From a virus (Duplodnaviria; Caudoviricetes), in the IMG/VR virus record IMGVR_UViG_3300032335_000913, positions 1-47,052 of that record: 47,052 nt of DNA; one strand, 5' to 3'. A program made the translations under genes and the position numbers. Positions 35,125-44,704 of this stretch are shown here, one piece after another; the first letter of the stretch is position 1, and each line of letters begins with the position of its first letter. The notes under the pieces are model-generated. The model saw only the letters and a list, made by a program, of their open reading frames with translations. It searched no databases and was not told where the DNA came from.

Positions 35125-35343
35125 CTATCCTTTTATTTCAAATTCTTTATTGTAGATATTATTTTCTTTTATCCATTCAATTGCATAGTTTATACCTATT
35201 CCCTTTTGATACATTCCCGCATCTTCTATCTTACTACCCTTATCCATCAATTCATCTGCTAATCCTTGTAGGGTATTCAATTCCTTTCTTTCAATTGTTA
35301 TAAATTGTTTAAAGTCTCCTATTATTTGATTTTGCTTTCCCAT
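35125..35343 (-). CDS. Hypothetical protein
   Basis: 72-aa ORF. Confidence 0.6.
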   Translation of the reverse strand: MGKQNQIIGDFKQFITIERKELNTLQGLADELMDKGSKIEDAGMYQKGIGINYAIEWIKENNIYNKEFEIKG

Positions 35344-35843
35344 ATTCCGTTTATCAATTTAAAATGTTTTATTCTACCTATTCCGATTGAGTAAGGTATT
35401 GTTATAAAACTACTTTCTCTTTCACTCCATTGTTTTAATAGTGTAGTGTCTATGTGTATATTGTTTCTATATTCTTTTATTAATCTCCAATCATACCAAA
35501 GTAATTCAGTCAAATCATTGTTAAGAAACTGAATATAATCAATATACCAATCTTTGTATTTGTTATGTCTGTCCGTATTGTTTTTGTCTTTGTATGTTTC
35601 TAATTCACTCCAATACTTTTGTTTGCGATAAGGTATTCTAAAATGATTATGTTTTTCAAATCTATCCATTCCGTAATTAATCATTTCAATATCGCATCCT
35701 CTTTTGTATTGATTGACTTCTAAATCCAAATCATACTCACCACCCAATTCAATTGCTCTCCAATTATTTTGTTCTAAAAATTCCTTTGCAACTTCCCTAT
35801 CCTTTGTATCGTTATGTGAAAGTGCTTCTAATCTACTTACCAT
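35322..35843 (-). CDS. Possible PD-(D/E)XK nuclease-fold protein
   Basis: EYDLDL...CDIEM...IPYRKQKY pattern; the E-x-K lysine is not evident. Confidence 0.4.
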   Translation of the reverse strand: MVSRLEALSHNDTKDREVAKEFLEQNNWRAIELGGEYDLDLEVNQYKRGCDIEMINYGMDRFEKHNHFRIPYRKQKYWSELETYKDKNNTDRHNKYKDWYIDYIQFLNNDLTELLWYDWRLIKEYRNNIHIDTTLLKQWSERESSFITIPYSIGIGRIKHFKLINGIWESKIK

Positions 35844-35848
35844 TTCAT

Positions 35849-36100
35849 TTATTTTTCCATTTCACTTTCAAAAGCTTTCATCGCTCTCTTTACGTTATCC
35901 ATTTCGGGTATATCTAACTTTTCACCCAATGAAACGAATCCTATTGTTAATATTGCAAATACGATACCAATACTAAACTCTACCGCTCGTTCACTATACA
36001 ATGTGTCATTTTTTGCAGTCACTCCGTTATGTGTGGTTATTTGCAATCCTAATAGTGTTTCTCTTTTACTTAAAAAACTAAATCCTAATTCTATTTTCAT
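35849..36100 (-). CDS. Hypothetical protein
   Basis: 83-aa ORF with one hydrophobic segment. Confidence 0.6.
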   Translation of the reverse strand: MKIELGFSFLSKRETLLGLQITTHNGVTAKNDTLYSERAVEFSIGIVFAILTIGFVSLGEKLDIPEMDNVKRAMKAFESEMEK

Positions 36101-36110
36101 ATTATTTGTT

Positions 36111-36458
36111 TTAAAACGGGTTATTGAAATTTATATTACCCTGTGTTTGTTGTGCTTTTGGTTTACATTTTACTATCAATGATTCAAATATTAATGCAGT
36201 TAGTTCTAATGATTTTAATTTTCGGTTGTTAATCCAGTCCCTACCATATTGTGTTATATTTAATCCATCTCTTAATACTACTTCATAATCGTTTGTATTA
36301 GTTCCCTGTCTATATATTTTTATTAGATATGGTGCACCATTATATACAACTTTGAATGTATATTCATAATCGGTTTCAGTTATTTCACCTATTCTAAGGT
36401 CTTTGTACTGATGCGACCAACCTTCTAACTTCTTATAATTCTTTATTGTCAAACTCAT
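36111..36458 (-). CDS. MLTIxN-family small protein
   Basis: MSLTIKNYKKL...YTFKV...IYR. Confidence 0.7.
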   Translation of the reverse strand: MSLTIKNYKKLEGWSHQYKDLRIGEITETDYEYTFKVVYNGAPYLIKIYRQGTNTNDYEVVLRDGLNITQYGRDWINNRKLKSLELTALIFESLIVKCKPKAQQTQGNINFNNPF

Positions 36459-36589
36459 ATACTAAATAGTTTTGTTCTTTGTGTGTACCAACTCTTGTAG
36501 GTTTTTGTTTTAGTAAACTATCGTTTGACAATTCAATATTATTTTTTACAATTATTTCAATTGTTCTTTGCATGTATATTATTTTCATA

Positions 36590-37159
36590 CTATCCTCTTA
36601 AATCGTTTCTAATATCCTCTTTTACTTTTTCCAAATATACCATTCTTTCATTTTGAGAAACAAAAGGTACACTCCAGAATTGACGAGTCTTTGTTTTAAA
36701 CCAACCAAATACGAATGAATACACTCCCATCACTAACCTCAATTTAACTGAATTAAAATACATTGTTAATACAGGTAATGCAGGTGCTCCATGTGTCAAA
36801 TAAGTTCTAACTTTTTTATCACTCAATAAAGGTGTTGGATATCCATATACTTTTGTAACGGGTGTAAACTTATATGCAAAACCCGGTGTAAATATTTGGT
36901 CAAAGAATGCCTCCATTGCGGGTGTGCATCTAAACCACCAAACGGGAGATATAAAATAAATCCTATCTGCCCATGTTATCAACTCTTTATATTTTTTAAT
37001 TTTATCCTTTCCGAAATCAAATGTTATATTTTCTTTGTATAAATCAATTACACATGTTTCTTCTTTATTTTCTTTTAAAAAACCTTCAATCGTTTTTTTA
37101 ATACCATTGTAGCAGAAACTCCTTTTATCGGGGTGTCCTATTATAATTAAATTTTTCAT
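36590..37159 (-). CDS. Flavodoxin-like NAD(P)H-dependent oxidoreductase (Flavodoxin_2 family)
   Basis: IIGHPDKRSFC, IDLY, WADRIYFISPVWWFRCTP and FFDQIFTPGFAY. Confidence 0.9.
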   Translation of the reverse strand: MKNLIIIGHPDKRSFCYNGIKKTIEGFLKENKEETCVIDLYKENITFDFGKDKIKKYKELITWADRIYFISPVWWFRCTPAMEAFFDQIFTPGFAYKFTPVTKVYGYPTPLLSDKKVRTYLTHGAPALPVLTMYFNSVKLRLVMGVYSFVFGWFKTKTRQFWSVPFVSQNERMVYLEKVKEDIRNDLRG

Positions 37160-37160
37160 T

Positions 37161-38048
37161 TTATATAAATTTTAATATTGCTAAATCTTTTTGTTTTGCT
37201 TCAACCATTATGTCCACGTCGTTATTATACGTTTCAGGTAATTTTTGAATGTAATCACTATGTGCTTGTGGTTTTACTTTTATATTGTTTTCGTGTAATG
37301 CTTTTGATTCCGAATAATGTACTGCGGGTGTTATACCTTTCGGCCATGTTGTAATTGCTAACTCTAATGCATGTTGTTCAATCAAATCACCTGTACAAAA
37401 TTGGTGGTGGTGATAATCAAATACAATCGGTATGTTAATCTTATTATGAATATACATTAAGTCTTTAACTGAATACATACTCGCCTTGTCATCATTTTCA
37501 ATTGTTAGTCTGCTTTTAACTGAATTAGATAGTTTGTCAAAGTTAGTACAAAACCTATCCATTGCTGCAATCTTGTCACCATATACTCCGTTGCAATGTA
37601 TATTAATTTTATTGTAAGGTGTTTTGGATAAATTCATTGCGTCCATAATTCTGCCGTGCACTTCTAAATCTTTAATCGTATTGAGTACGACATTTTCTTT
37701 TGGTGAAACCAATACATTAAACGGACCGGGGTGAAATGATAATCTTTGTTTATACTTTGTTGCCTTTTTACCACATCTTTGTAGTATCTTTTGTATTTCG
37801 TTCCAATCTTTTAATTCAGTAAATTCATATTCGGTTGCCCACGGAAACATATCACTACTCATACGATACATTTTAATTCCCATTTCCTCATTCCAATCTA
37901 TAATTCGTTCGAGGTCTGCAACATTCTGCAATACCAAATCCGATACATAGTCAACTCCCTTTGATGTGAAAGTTCGTTTGACCATTGTCCTGTTCGTTGT
38001 AATCTTTTTACCTAATGAAAGGTTAATACATGCATATCCTATATTCAT
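37161..38048 (-). CDS. uvsE: UV damage endonuclease
   Basis: IGYACIN, YRMSSDMFP, RLSFHPG, LTIENDD, FDYHHH, HYSES, AHSDY and MVEAKQKD. Start placed at MNIGY, downstream of the promoter motif. Confidence 0.95.
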   Translation of the reverse strand: MNIGYACINLSLGKKITTNRTMVKRTFTSKGVDYVSDLVLQNVADLERIIDWNEEMGIKMYRMSSDMFPWATEYEFTELKDWNEIQKILQRCGKKATKYKQRLSFHPGPFNVLVSPKENVVLNTIKDLEVHGRIMDAMNLSKTPYNKINIHCNGVYGDKIAAMDRFCTNFDKLSNSVKSRLTIENDDKASMYSVKDLMYIHNKINIPIVFDYHHHQFCTGDLIEQHALELAITTWPKGITPAVHYSESKALHENNIKVKPQAHSDYIQKLPETYNNDVDIMVEAKQKDLAILKFI

Positions 38049-38052
38049 ATAG

Positions 38053-38084
38053 TAAATATACGACAAATTTTTCACTTTACCAAA
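38053..38084 (-). promoter_or_regulatory. Bacteroidota-type promoter-like motif
   Basis: Minus strand reads TTTGGTAAAGTGAAAAATTTGTCGTATATTTA. Confidence 0.65.
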
Positions 38085-38354
38085 TTAGATAGTCTGCATG
38101 CAAATGATAATCTTGTCCGTAGTATCAAACTCATTCGTATTTAACCAAAGGGTTTTATTGTTATACTCCATTATATACATCCCGTTATCGGTTTGCTTTC
38201 TATGTAGTAATATTGTTTCTACTGCCGGTTTTATAGTAGCATCATATCCTAATGTAAATTCGTAGTGGTCTTTATGTTCTTTAACTCCAATAATATTAAA
38301 CACTTCGTTATATTCTTGTCCGATTATGGTTTGTATGTTTTTTATTTTTAGCAT
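38085..38354 (-). CDS. MLTIxN-family small protein
   Basis: MLKIKNIQTII...YEFTL...LLHR. Confidence 0.7.
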   Translation of the reverse strand: MLKIKNIQTIIGQEYNEVFNIIGVKEHKDHYEFTLGYDATIKPAVETILLHRKQTDNGMYIMEYNNKTLWLNTNEFDTTDKIIICMQTI

Positions 38355-38614
38355 AACAATCGTTTTATTTGTTTACAAAAGGTATCTATATTTTGTATGT
38401 CTGAAAATTTCAAATACAAAGAATAGTTGCCGTGTGATATTGTGTATTTACCTCGTTTATTTTTGATACGATTAAGTTTTAAGTCTCTAAATTGTCCTTT
38501 GCCATCTATTAAACTGATATGATATACCATGTGCCCACAAACCATTGACTTCACACAAAAGGAATATCCTATTGGATATCTAACTATTTTATCTAAATTA
38601 TTTATTGTTAACAT
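38348..38614 (-). CDS. MLTIxN-family small protein
   Basis: MLTINNLDKIV...YHISL...KLNR. Confidence 0.7.
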   Translation of the reverse strand: MLTINNLDKIVRYPIGYSFCVKSMVCGHMVYHISLIDGKGQFRDLKLNRIKNKRGKYTISHGNYSLYLKFSDIQNIDTFCKQIKRLLC

Positions 38615-38618
38615 AATT

Positions 38619-39086
38619 TTAACTATATCTGGATGATTGAATTATTGACATTAACTGAATTACACTATTGTTTAATTGAGTCATTTGTTGGGTTATTTGA
38701 ATTAAACCTTCTACTATTTTTTGATATTCATACTTATTTTGTTTTAGTTCATATTCTATTGCATATATCTTTTGGTTTATATCATATATTTGTTGGTTTA
38801 TCAAATAAATCAATTCAGTCAAATTTGCAACATTTTTATTAGTTACTTTTAATTGATTTTGTAAAGAATCGGTTTGTTTTTTTAAACTATCGGTTTGTAG
38901 TTTAAATACCTTTAATTGTTCGGATAAAATAACTATGTCATTTGTATGCTTTATATCATTCTTTTTAAGTAATTCTATTTCCGCTTTTAACTTATTAATA
39001 TCGGTTGAATAATCTATTTGTTTTTTACAAGATGTAAATAAAAATAGAATTGAAAATATTAATATTGTATTTTTAATTGTTGTCAT
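38619..39086 (-). CDS. Coiled-coil lipoprotein
   Basis: Signal peptide with lipobox LFTSC followed by a long heptad repeat. Confidence 0.75.
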   Translation of the reverse strand: MTTIKNTILIFSILFLFTSCKKQIDYSTDINKLKAEIELLKKNDIKHTNDIVILSEQLKVFKLQTDSLKKQTDSLQNQLKVTNKNVANLTELIYLINQQIYDINQKIYAIEYELKQNKYEYQKIVEGLIQITQQMTQLNNSVIQLMSIIQSSRYS

Positions 39087-39090
39087 AATT

Positions 39091-39351
39091 CTACCATTTA
39101 CTTAATGGACATTTACTTTCAGGACTTAAAGTCTTTGCTGATATATTACATCCACATCCTTTTGTTTCTTGTTTTGTTATTTCGTTTATTCCGACATTTT
39201 TAGGACTGCAAGTATTTCCTATTCTCATATGACATGAATTACATAGTATCAATCTATTCTCTGCCATTTGTTTTATATTCGGGTCCAATGTTCCTATATG
39301 ATTTTTTATCACATTTGCCCATCCGTTTATTATTTCGTTTAACTTTGACAT
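39091..39351 (-). CDS. Cys-rich putative metal-binding protein (paralogue of 19485-19787)
   Basis: RLILCNSC...C...GCGCNISAKTLSPESKCPLSKW. Confidence 0.75.
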   Translation of the reverse strand: MSKLNEIINGWANVIKNHIGTLDPNIKQMAENRLILCNSCHMRIGNTCSPKNVGINEITKQETKGCGCNISAKTLSPESKCPLSKW

Positions 39352-39370
39352 ATTATTTATTTTTAGTTAA

Positions 39371-39817
39371 TTATTTTATTTGTGATTGCAAACTTTGTAT
39401 ACTTTGAACCATTTGTCCGTATGGTATTGTAATTCCACTATTGCTTACATAATTGACTATCCCACCAACCGAATGACTACTATACATTGGTGCTGATGTT
39501 AATCTCATACCTAATAATTTATCAATCATTTCCTCAAAATGGTTTCTGAAAATTGAAATAGATGCCATACAAACTTTATCTATCGTATTTATTGTAGAAC
39601 GACCTTCGTCATCCCTTACAATAATACTAAAATCATTATCATGTTTCCATTTATGTGCAGGTGTTAATACATTTAATTCCCACTTTGCTTTTTGTGGTAA
39701 GTTTAAATCTAATATCGTTGCTTCATACATTGTTTCATCTGCATTATGTATTGGATTGACTATTGAATAACCTTTGTATGTATATCCACTTATTTTTTCC
39801 CAACCTTTTATTTTCAT
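39371..39817 (-). CDS. Hypothetical protein (possible divergent MLTIxN-family member)
   Basis: Start placed at MKIKGWEKISG. Confidence 0.6.
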   Translation of the reverse strand: MKIKGWEKISGYTYKGYSIVNPIHNADETMYEATILDLNLPQKAKWELNVLTPAHKWKHDNDFSIIVRDDEGRSTINTIDKVCMASISIFRNHFEEMIDKLLGMRLTSAPMYSSHSVGGIVNYVSNSGITIPYGQMVQSIQSLQSQIK

Positions 39818-39818
39818 A

Positions 39819-40148
39819 TTATAATTTTTTGACCTCTGCAATCATTCTATTTATTAATTCATCTCTATCTTTTACCAACTCAACAGGTATACTATCGATA
39901 GTCATGTTTTTATTAATCTTCCAAATATTAAATTGAACTTTGCCATTTTTAATATTAGTATGTATTTCAAATATTGTATGATGATTAGACGAACCATTTT
40001 TAATTCCAGCAAATTTGTATAAAGTATAAAGTGCATTGTCAGATGCGTTGGTTCTTGCTTCATGTTTCATATAGCATATTTCAATTGTAGAACCATCCAA
40101 TTGATAGTTCTTTGTATTAATGTGGTGTGGATTTTGTATCTTTAACAT
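39819..40148 (-). CDS. MLTIxN-family small protein
   Basis: MLKIQNPHHI...YKF. Confidence 0.6.
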   Translation of the reverse strand: MLKIQNPHHINTKNYQLDGSTIEICYMKHEARTNASDNALYTLYKFAGIKNGSSNHHTIFEIHTNIKNGKVQFNIWKINKNMTIDSIPVELVKDRDELINRMIAEVKKL

Positions 40149-40383
40149 TTTTTCCGCTTTTTTCTCTTATCCAATTATACATAAAATTTATATCACCTTT
40201 CTCATTTTCTTTTTGAGATTCTAATTCATGTCCAACACAAGGTGGAATTTTATGTTCATTTTGATAATCGGTTTGTGTTTTTGGTTTACTACCTATTGTA
40301 CCATATTTTGCAAGTCTTTTTTGTTCTTGTTTTGCACCCACTAACCAACCTATCAAAAATGATGCAATTAATAATACTACCAT
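40117..40383 (-). CDS. Small membrane-anchored protein
   Basis: N-terminal hydrophobic helix. Confidence 0.6.
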   Translation of the reverse strand: MVVLLIASFLIGWLVGAKQEQKRLAKYGTIGSKPKTQTDYQNEHKIPPCVGHELESQKENEKGDINFMYNWIREKSGKNVKDTKSTPH

Positions 40384-40386
40384 AAC

Positions 40387-40575
40387 TTATTTTTTAGATT
40401 TTAATTCTATTATTTGTTTTTCTACCTTTGCAAACCTTTCTTTTAATCTTTCTAATCTTATACTACGACCCCATTTACCTAACCAATTCACTCCCTGAAA
40501 TTTCTCCCAATAAATGATTTGTTCTTGCAATTCTTTTTTTCGTTTATAGAGTGCCATAACCTTTTCCGATTTCAT
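40387..40575 (-). CDS. Hypothetical protein
   Basis: 62-aa ORF in a tandem array. Confidence 0.6.
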   Translation of the reverse strand: MKSEKVMALYKRKKELQEQIIYWEKFQGVNWLGKWGRSIRLERLKERFAKVEKQIIELKSKK

Positions 40576-40578
40576 TGT

Positions 40579-40770
40579 TTACTTTTTTTGTAATGTGAAA
40601 TAGTAATTCCACTTTAACCAACTAATTGCTATTCCAAATGCCGGTGTAAATGTATTCGGCCCTGCGTAATATTTTTTACTATACCATAATTTTAATATTG
40701 GTAATACCACCACAATATCTTTATTTTTTTGTAGTTTGTTGTTGTCAATAACCCATTCTAATTTTCTCAT
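40579..40770 (-). CDS. Hypothetical protein
   Basis: 63-aa ORF in a tandem array. Confidence 0.6.
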   Translation of the reverse strand: MRKLEWVIDNNKLQKNKDIVVVLPILKLWYSKKYYAGPNTFTPAFGIAISWLKWNYYFTLQKK

Positions 40771-40771
40771 T

Positions 40772-40966
40772 TTATTTTGTATTTTGTTTTGTATTTTCTA
40801 TTGTTTCGTTTTGTGTTTGAACTTTTGCTTTATACATTTGTCTAATTATACTACCCAATTGTTGGTCGGTAGTATTTTCATCTAATATAATTTCTTTACG
40901 AATAGTCAAATATTGTTTTGCTTCCTCAGCCCATTCTATTATTTGTTTTGCGTATTGTTCTTTCAT
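40772..40966 (-). CDS. Hypothetical protein
   Basis: Start placed at MKEQYAK, downstream of the promoter motif. Confidence 0.6.
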   Translation of the reverse strand: MKEQYAKQIIEWAEEAKQYLTIRKEIILDENTTDQQLGSIIRQMYKAKVQTQNETIENTKQNTK

Positions 40967-40981
40967 AACTTTATTTATAAT

Positions 40982-41013
40982 GTAATATACGAAATTTATT
41001 CCATTCTGCCAAA
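40982..41013 (-). promoter_or_regulatory. Bacteroidota-type promoter-like motif
   Basis: Minus strand reads TTTGGCAGAATGGAATAAATTTCGTATATTAC. Confidence 0.65.
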
Positions 41014-41014
41014 T

Positions 41015-41048
41015 AAAAAGGGGACACCCAATCAAAAATGGTATCCCC
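41015..41048 (-). terminator. Intrinsic terminator
   Basis: GGGGACACC...GGTATCCCC hairpin with a U-run on the minus strand. Confidence 0.65.
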
Positions 41049-41190
41049 GTACGCTACATGGCATGCAAGATGTTTATGTATGTTTACGATAGTTTTTCTT
41101 TTTTAATTGTTCACTTCTTGTTTTGTTACCCATCACTTTGCGATTAGTTGCTTTCACTTGTTTCTTTGTTATCATTTGTTATTATATTTA

Positions 41191-41862
41191 TTATATTATT
41201 TTTTCATAAAATATACCGGCTAATTTTTGATGAGATTCCTCTGAAAAATGGTAATCATCAATAACACCATTTGTGTCTACATTTAAACGATTTAATGAAA
41301 TACCAATATACCAATCATCCGGTAGTAATTGTTTTTTAAGCATTACATCTTTACATAAAACAAAAGGTGTCCAAAAAATAACTTTAATACCTTTTAGTTC
41401 GAATATGTTAGTGAGTAATTTAGACCAATTGATTACTTCATTCCAATACAATGAATGTATTCTATTGACAAAAATTTGTTGAATTGTATTAATATCAATA
41501 AACTTGTAAAATTCAGATAGGTGTTTTGGTATATTATCAATAATTGGGGCCGGGTCAGTTATAGTATACCATTTATTGTTTTTCTCTAATCTAAATCTAG
41601 ATGGATGTGACCAACCTATAATAACAATATCACCACCCAACATATTATCAATATTATTAATTATACTATCAAATATCGTATAATTATCTGCACCACCTAT
41701 ACCTAATTGATTAACTTTCATATTCAATCTATTGGATAAATACTGAGAAAATATTTTAGGTTGATATCCTTTATATTCTTTATATCGTTCACCTAAGTTA
41801 TTGTATGTCATATTTTCCCACATGGTAGAAAATGAGTCTCCAAATGTCCATATTGTTTTCAT
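41191..41862 (-). CDS. SGNH/GDSL-like protein (related to 23819-24544)
   Basis: TFGDSF, GIGGADN and DYHFS (DxH). Start placed at MKTIW. Confidence 0.7.
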   Translation of the reverse strand: MKTIWTFGDSFSTMWENMTYNNLGERYKEYKGYQPKIFSQYLSNRLNMKVNQLGIGGADNYTIFDSIINNIDNMLGGDIVIIGWSHPSRFRLEKNNKWYTITDPAPIIDNIPKHLSEFYKFIDINTIQQIFVNRIHSLYWNEVINWSKLLTNIFELKGIKVIFWTPFVLCKDVMLKKQLLPDDWYIGISLNRLNVDTNGVIDDYHFSEESHQKLAGIFYEKII

Positions 41863-41887
41863 ATAAAAAGTTTTTAACACATATTGT

Positions 41888-42106
41888 TTATGAGTTATAA
41901 ACCGATAATTCCTCTATTAAATTTACGAATAAATATTCCTGTGTTTGATTAAATTTTAATATCTTTTCAACTCCATAATATTTTTTTAATGCATCTGCAT
42001 ATTCACCCGTTACTTCTTTACTAAATCTTTGTATTGGCAATTTCTTTATTATTTCGTATAAGTCCTCACCGACTTTTGCTGTTTCTATTTTTCTTATCAT
42101 TTCCAA
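41888..42106 (-). CDS. Hypothetical protein
   Basis: 72-aa ORF. Confidence 0.6.
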   Translation of the reverse strand: MEMIRKIETAKVGEDLYEIIKKLPIQRFSKEVTGEYADALKKYYGVEKILKFNQTQEYLFVNLIEELSVYNS

Positions 42107-42438
42107 AACATTTGAACTCCTAATATACTAGCCGCTAATCCTAAACAAATTAATGTTTTAGTAGTTATTGGTTCTTTAAATAATAAAGCACTTAAACCTA
42201 CAAATACAATAATACCAATACCAAATCCAATAAGACGTGATGGCCATAATTCACCATTTGCCCAACCAACTAAGTGTTCTACCGATTTAATGTAAAACCA
42301 TGCTGCTGGTATTGAACTCAATAATATTATGATTGGATATTTTTGATACCAACCATACTTTATACTTCCCTGCAATTGCATAAAGGAAAAAATCTGCCCC
42401 AGAGTACCATAAAAGATACCCAATAATAACCTATTCAT
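42097..42438 (-). CDS. Small four-TM membrane protein (DMT/SMR-like)
   Basis: Four hydrophobic helices, LLFKEPIT near the end. Confidence 0.6.
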   Translation of the reverse strand: MNRLLLGIFYGTLGQIFSFMQLQGSIKYGWYQKYPIIILLSSIPAAWFYIKSVEHLVGWANGELWPSRLIGFGIGIIVFVGLSALLFKEPITTKTLICLGLAASILGVQMFWK

Positions 42439-42454
42439 TTTTGTTTTGTTTTAT

Positions 42455-42637
42455 TTAGTAATCATCATCTTCAAATGATAATGCATTTGCTTGTGCATCA
42501 TCTTCATAGATTTCATCTTCAATCAATTCTAATTTTTCGTAGACATCATCAATTAACGGGTGAGAAATTCCCTCTCTATCCATTGATTTTAGATTTTCTT
42601 TGATTTGATTTACCAGTTTTAATATTTCCTGCTTCAT
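42455..42637 (-). CDS. Small acidic protein
   Basis: 60-aa ORF. Confidence 0.55.
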   Translation of the reverse strand: MKQEILKLVNQIKENLKSMDREGISHPLIDDVYEKLELIEDEIYEDDAQANALSFEDDDY

Positions 42638-42944
42638 TTTCTAAGTTTTGAATAAGTATATCCAAATCACGAATTTCAGCACATTTTTCATATTCTTCTA
42701 TTTCCATAAAATATTCCATTGCTTTTTCTAAAGTCAATTTAAGATTTTCTCTCTTTAGAATGAATACTAAATTGTCGTAATAATTAGAAACCATTATAGC
42801 TTGGACATTATCCAAATCTTCGGTTAGTAATTTTTTAGAATACCTAACTAATTCTGAAAAAATAATGTAACGATTTTCTTCCAACCAACCATTAACCGAT
42901 TGATTTTCTAAGTCTATGTGTAATATAATTGGCATATCTTTCAT
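42576..42944 (-). CDS. Protein with UVR (UvrB/C) motif
   Basis: AMEYFMEIEEYEKCAEIRD. Confidence 0.65.
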   Translation of the reverse strand: MKDMPIILHIDLENQSVNGWLEENRYIIFSELVRYSKKLLTEDLDNVQAIMVSNYYDNLVFILKRENLKLTLEKAMEYFMEIEEYEKCAEIRDLDILIQNLENEAGNIKTGKSNQRKSKING

Positions 42945-43436
42945 CTACAATAAATATTCCAAACCTTTAATATTCGGCCGTTTTAATTGTATGTCAGTTT
43001 CCGATTTTGTAGTTCCAATTTTACATTGTTTCTTATACCAATTATACAAATCTTCCAATGTACCTTTACCCCTACTTCGTTCCATTGCTTTATCCCACAA
43101 GTCCTTACCAAATTCCTTAGTAAGTTCACTTCGTAGTTTATACAATATCATATTCTCATCTCTATTTGCTTCAAATTCTAACTTCAAAGCTTTAACTCTT
43201 TTCATTTGAGATGCTTCCAATGCAGCCTGTATTCTATTTTGTTCATCCGTTCCACCATAATTTTTGTAAGTCTGTTCATATACTTTTTGTGATGTTGCTC
43301 TCATTTCTTTTGCTTCACCAAACATATATGAATAATCAAAATCACCATTACGAATTTTCAATAGTAAAGGTGCATCTGCTTTTAGTGGATTATGTGTTTT
43401 ACCTTTTGTCCACCAACGAAATTTATTGTATCCCAT
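42945..43436 (-). CDS. Hypothetical protein
   Basis: 163-aa ORF. Confidence 0.7.
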   Translation of the reverse strand: MGYNKFRWWTKGKTHNPLKADAPLLLKIRNGDFDYSYMFGEAKEMRATSQKVYEQTYKNYGGTDEQNRIQAALEASQMKRVKALKLEFEANRDENMILYKLRSELTKEFGKDLWDKAMERSRGKGTLEDLYNWYKKQCKIGTTKSETDIQLKRPNIKGLEYLL

Positions 43437-43438
43437 AA

Positions 43439-44704
43439 TTATTGTTTAATGAATTTAATACCATTCCATTCCCATCTATTTTTTTCTCTTTTGTCTCCTG
43501 AGAATAAATCTAATTTACCATTTTTGTCAATATCTTGAACTCTCATATGTGCAAATTTATTACATTTGTTATTGTCAATATAAATCGATGTTTTATCTAT
43601 AAAAGATTTTCCACCATCTTCGGATTTAAATAAATGTATAGAAAATTTACCAAATTCATCTTCATTTGATAATAATATTTCAAAAACATTATCATTATCT
43701 ATATTCATAAAGTCTATATTAATAATAGTGTTATTATCACTCATTACCCATTCCGTTTTTCTATTTAAATTGAAATTTTTTCCATTACCCCATAATATCA
43801 TAATATTCGTAGAGCGATTGGTAGTTGGCGTAAATGATGGTTTACTATACTTCAAAGCCAAATCTAAAAATCCATCTTTATTAATATCAAATACTTCCGA
43901 TTGACTTACAAATGGTATATTACCAATTCCAGTTGTATCGGATTTAAAATTTCCCAAACCATCGTTTATTAAAACCACACTTTTAACTCCATTACCTATT
44001 GGTGGTATTTGATGAAAGTTAAACATAATAATATCAATATCACCATCATTGTCAATATCACCCGAACAACTAGTATACCAATAACCTTTTATTTCATCAA
44101 ATTCTTTTATTTTATTAAATCCTGTTTTTGAATTTAAAATAAGATGTGACACATCCGTCATAGTTGGAAATGGTACACCATTTGGTTGGTCTATTGCAAC
44201 CGAACCAAATACATCGGGTAAAGAATCATTATTAAAATCTCCAATTAATACTTTTGATGCATGTGGATTTTTAATAGATAAATTACTTAATACTTTTCTA
44301 TTTAACTTAGAACCATCATTTAAATAAATGACTGCGGGTGGATTTGGTGTTGGATTTATTTTCAAATCATATCCATCATATGAAAATATATCTTCATCAC
44401 CATCATTATCAAAATCTACTTGACAAGATTGTTGTTCATTTAAGGGATTATTTGATTTATATGGTAAACCATTTTCATAAATTAAATTTCCGTCTAACCA
44501 TTCATAGTAATTTGATAATTCATATGATGTTTTGCCAAAATAGTAACCTTTCGGTAATTTTTCAATTTGTATATTTGCGGGTGGAATTGGTTGTGTAACT
44601 ACATCTTCTATTCCTCTTTTTGGAAAGAGAATATACGCTCCAGGTGCTACCTTCTCACATCCGAATAGTGTGATTATTGTTATTATTACCAATAAGTTTT
44701 TCAT
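43439..44704 (-). CDS. FG-GAP/VCBS-repeat beta-propeller lipoprotein
   Basis: Lipobox LFGC and repeated DFDNDGDED, DFNNDSLPD, DIDNDGDID, DINKDGFLD and DIDKNGKLD Ca-blade motifs. Confidence 0.88.
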   Translation of the reverse strand: MKNLLVIITIITLFGCEKVAPGAYILFPKRGIEDVVTQPIPPANIQIEKLPKGYYFGKTSYELSNYYEWLDGNLIYENGLPYKSNNPLNEQQSCQVDFDNDGDEDIFSYDGYDLKINPTPNPPAVIYLNDGSKLNRKVLSNLSIKNPHASKVLIGDFNNDSLPDVFGSVAIDQPNGVPFPTMTDVSHLILNSKTGFNKIKEFDEIKGYWYTSCSGDIDNDGDIDIIMFNFHQIPPIGNGVKSVVLINDGLGNFKSDTTGIGNIPFVSQSEVFDINKDGFLDLALKYSKPSFTPTTNRSTNIMILWGNGKNFNLNRKTEWVMSDNNTIINIDFMNIDNDNVFEILLSNEDEFGKFSIHLFKSEDGGKSFIDKTSIYIDNNKCNKFAHMRVQDIDKNGKLDLFSGDKREKNRWEWNGIKFIKQ

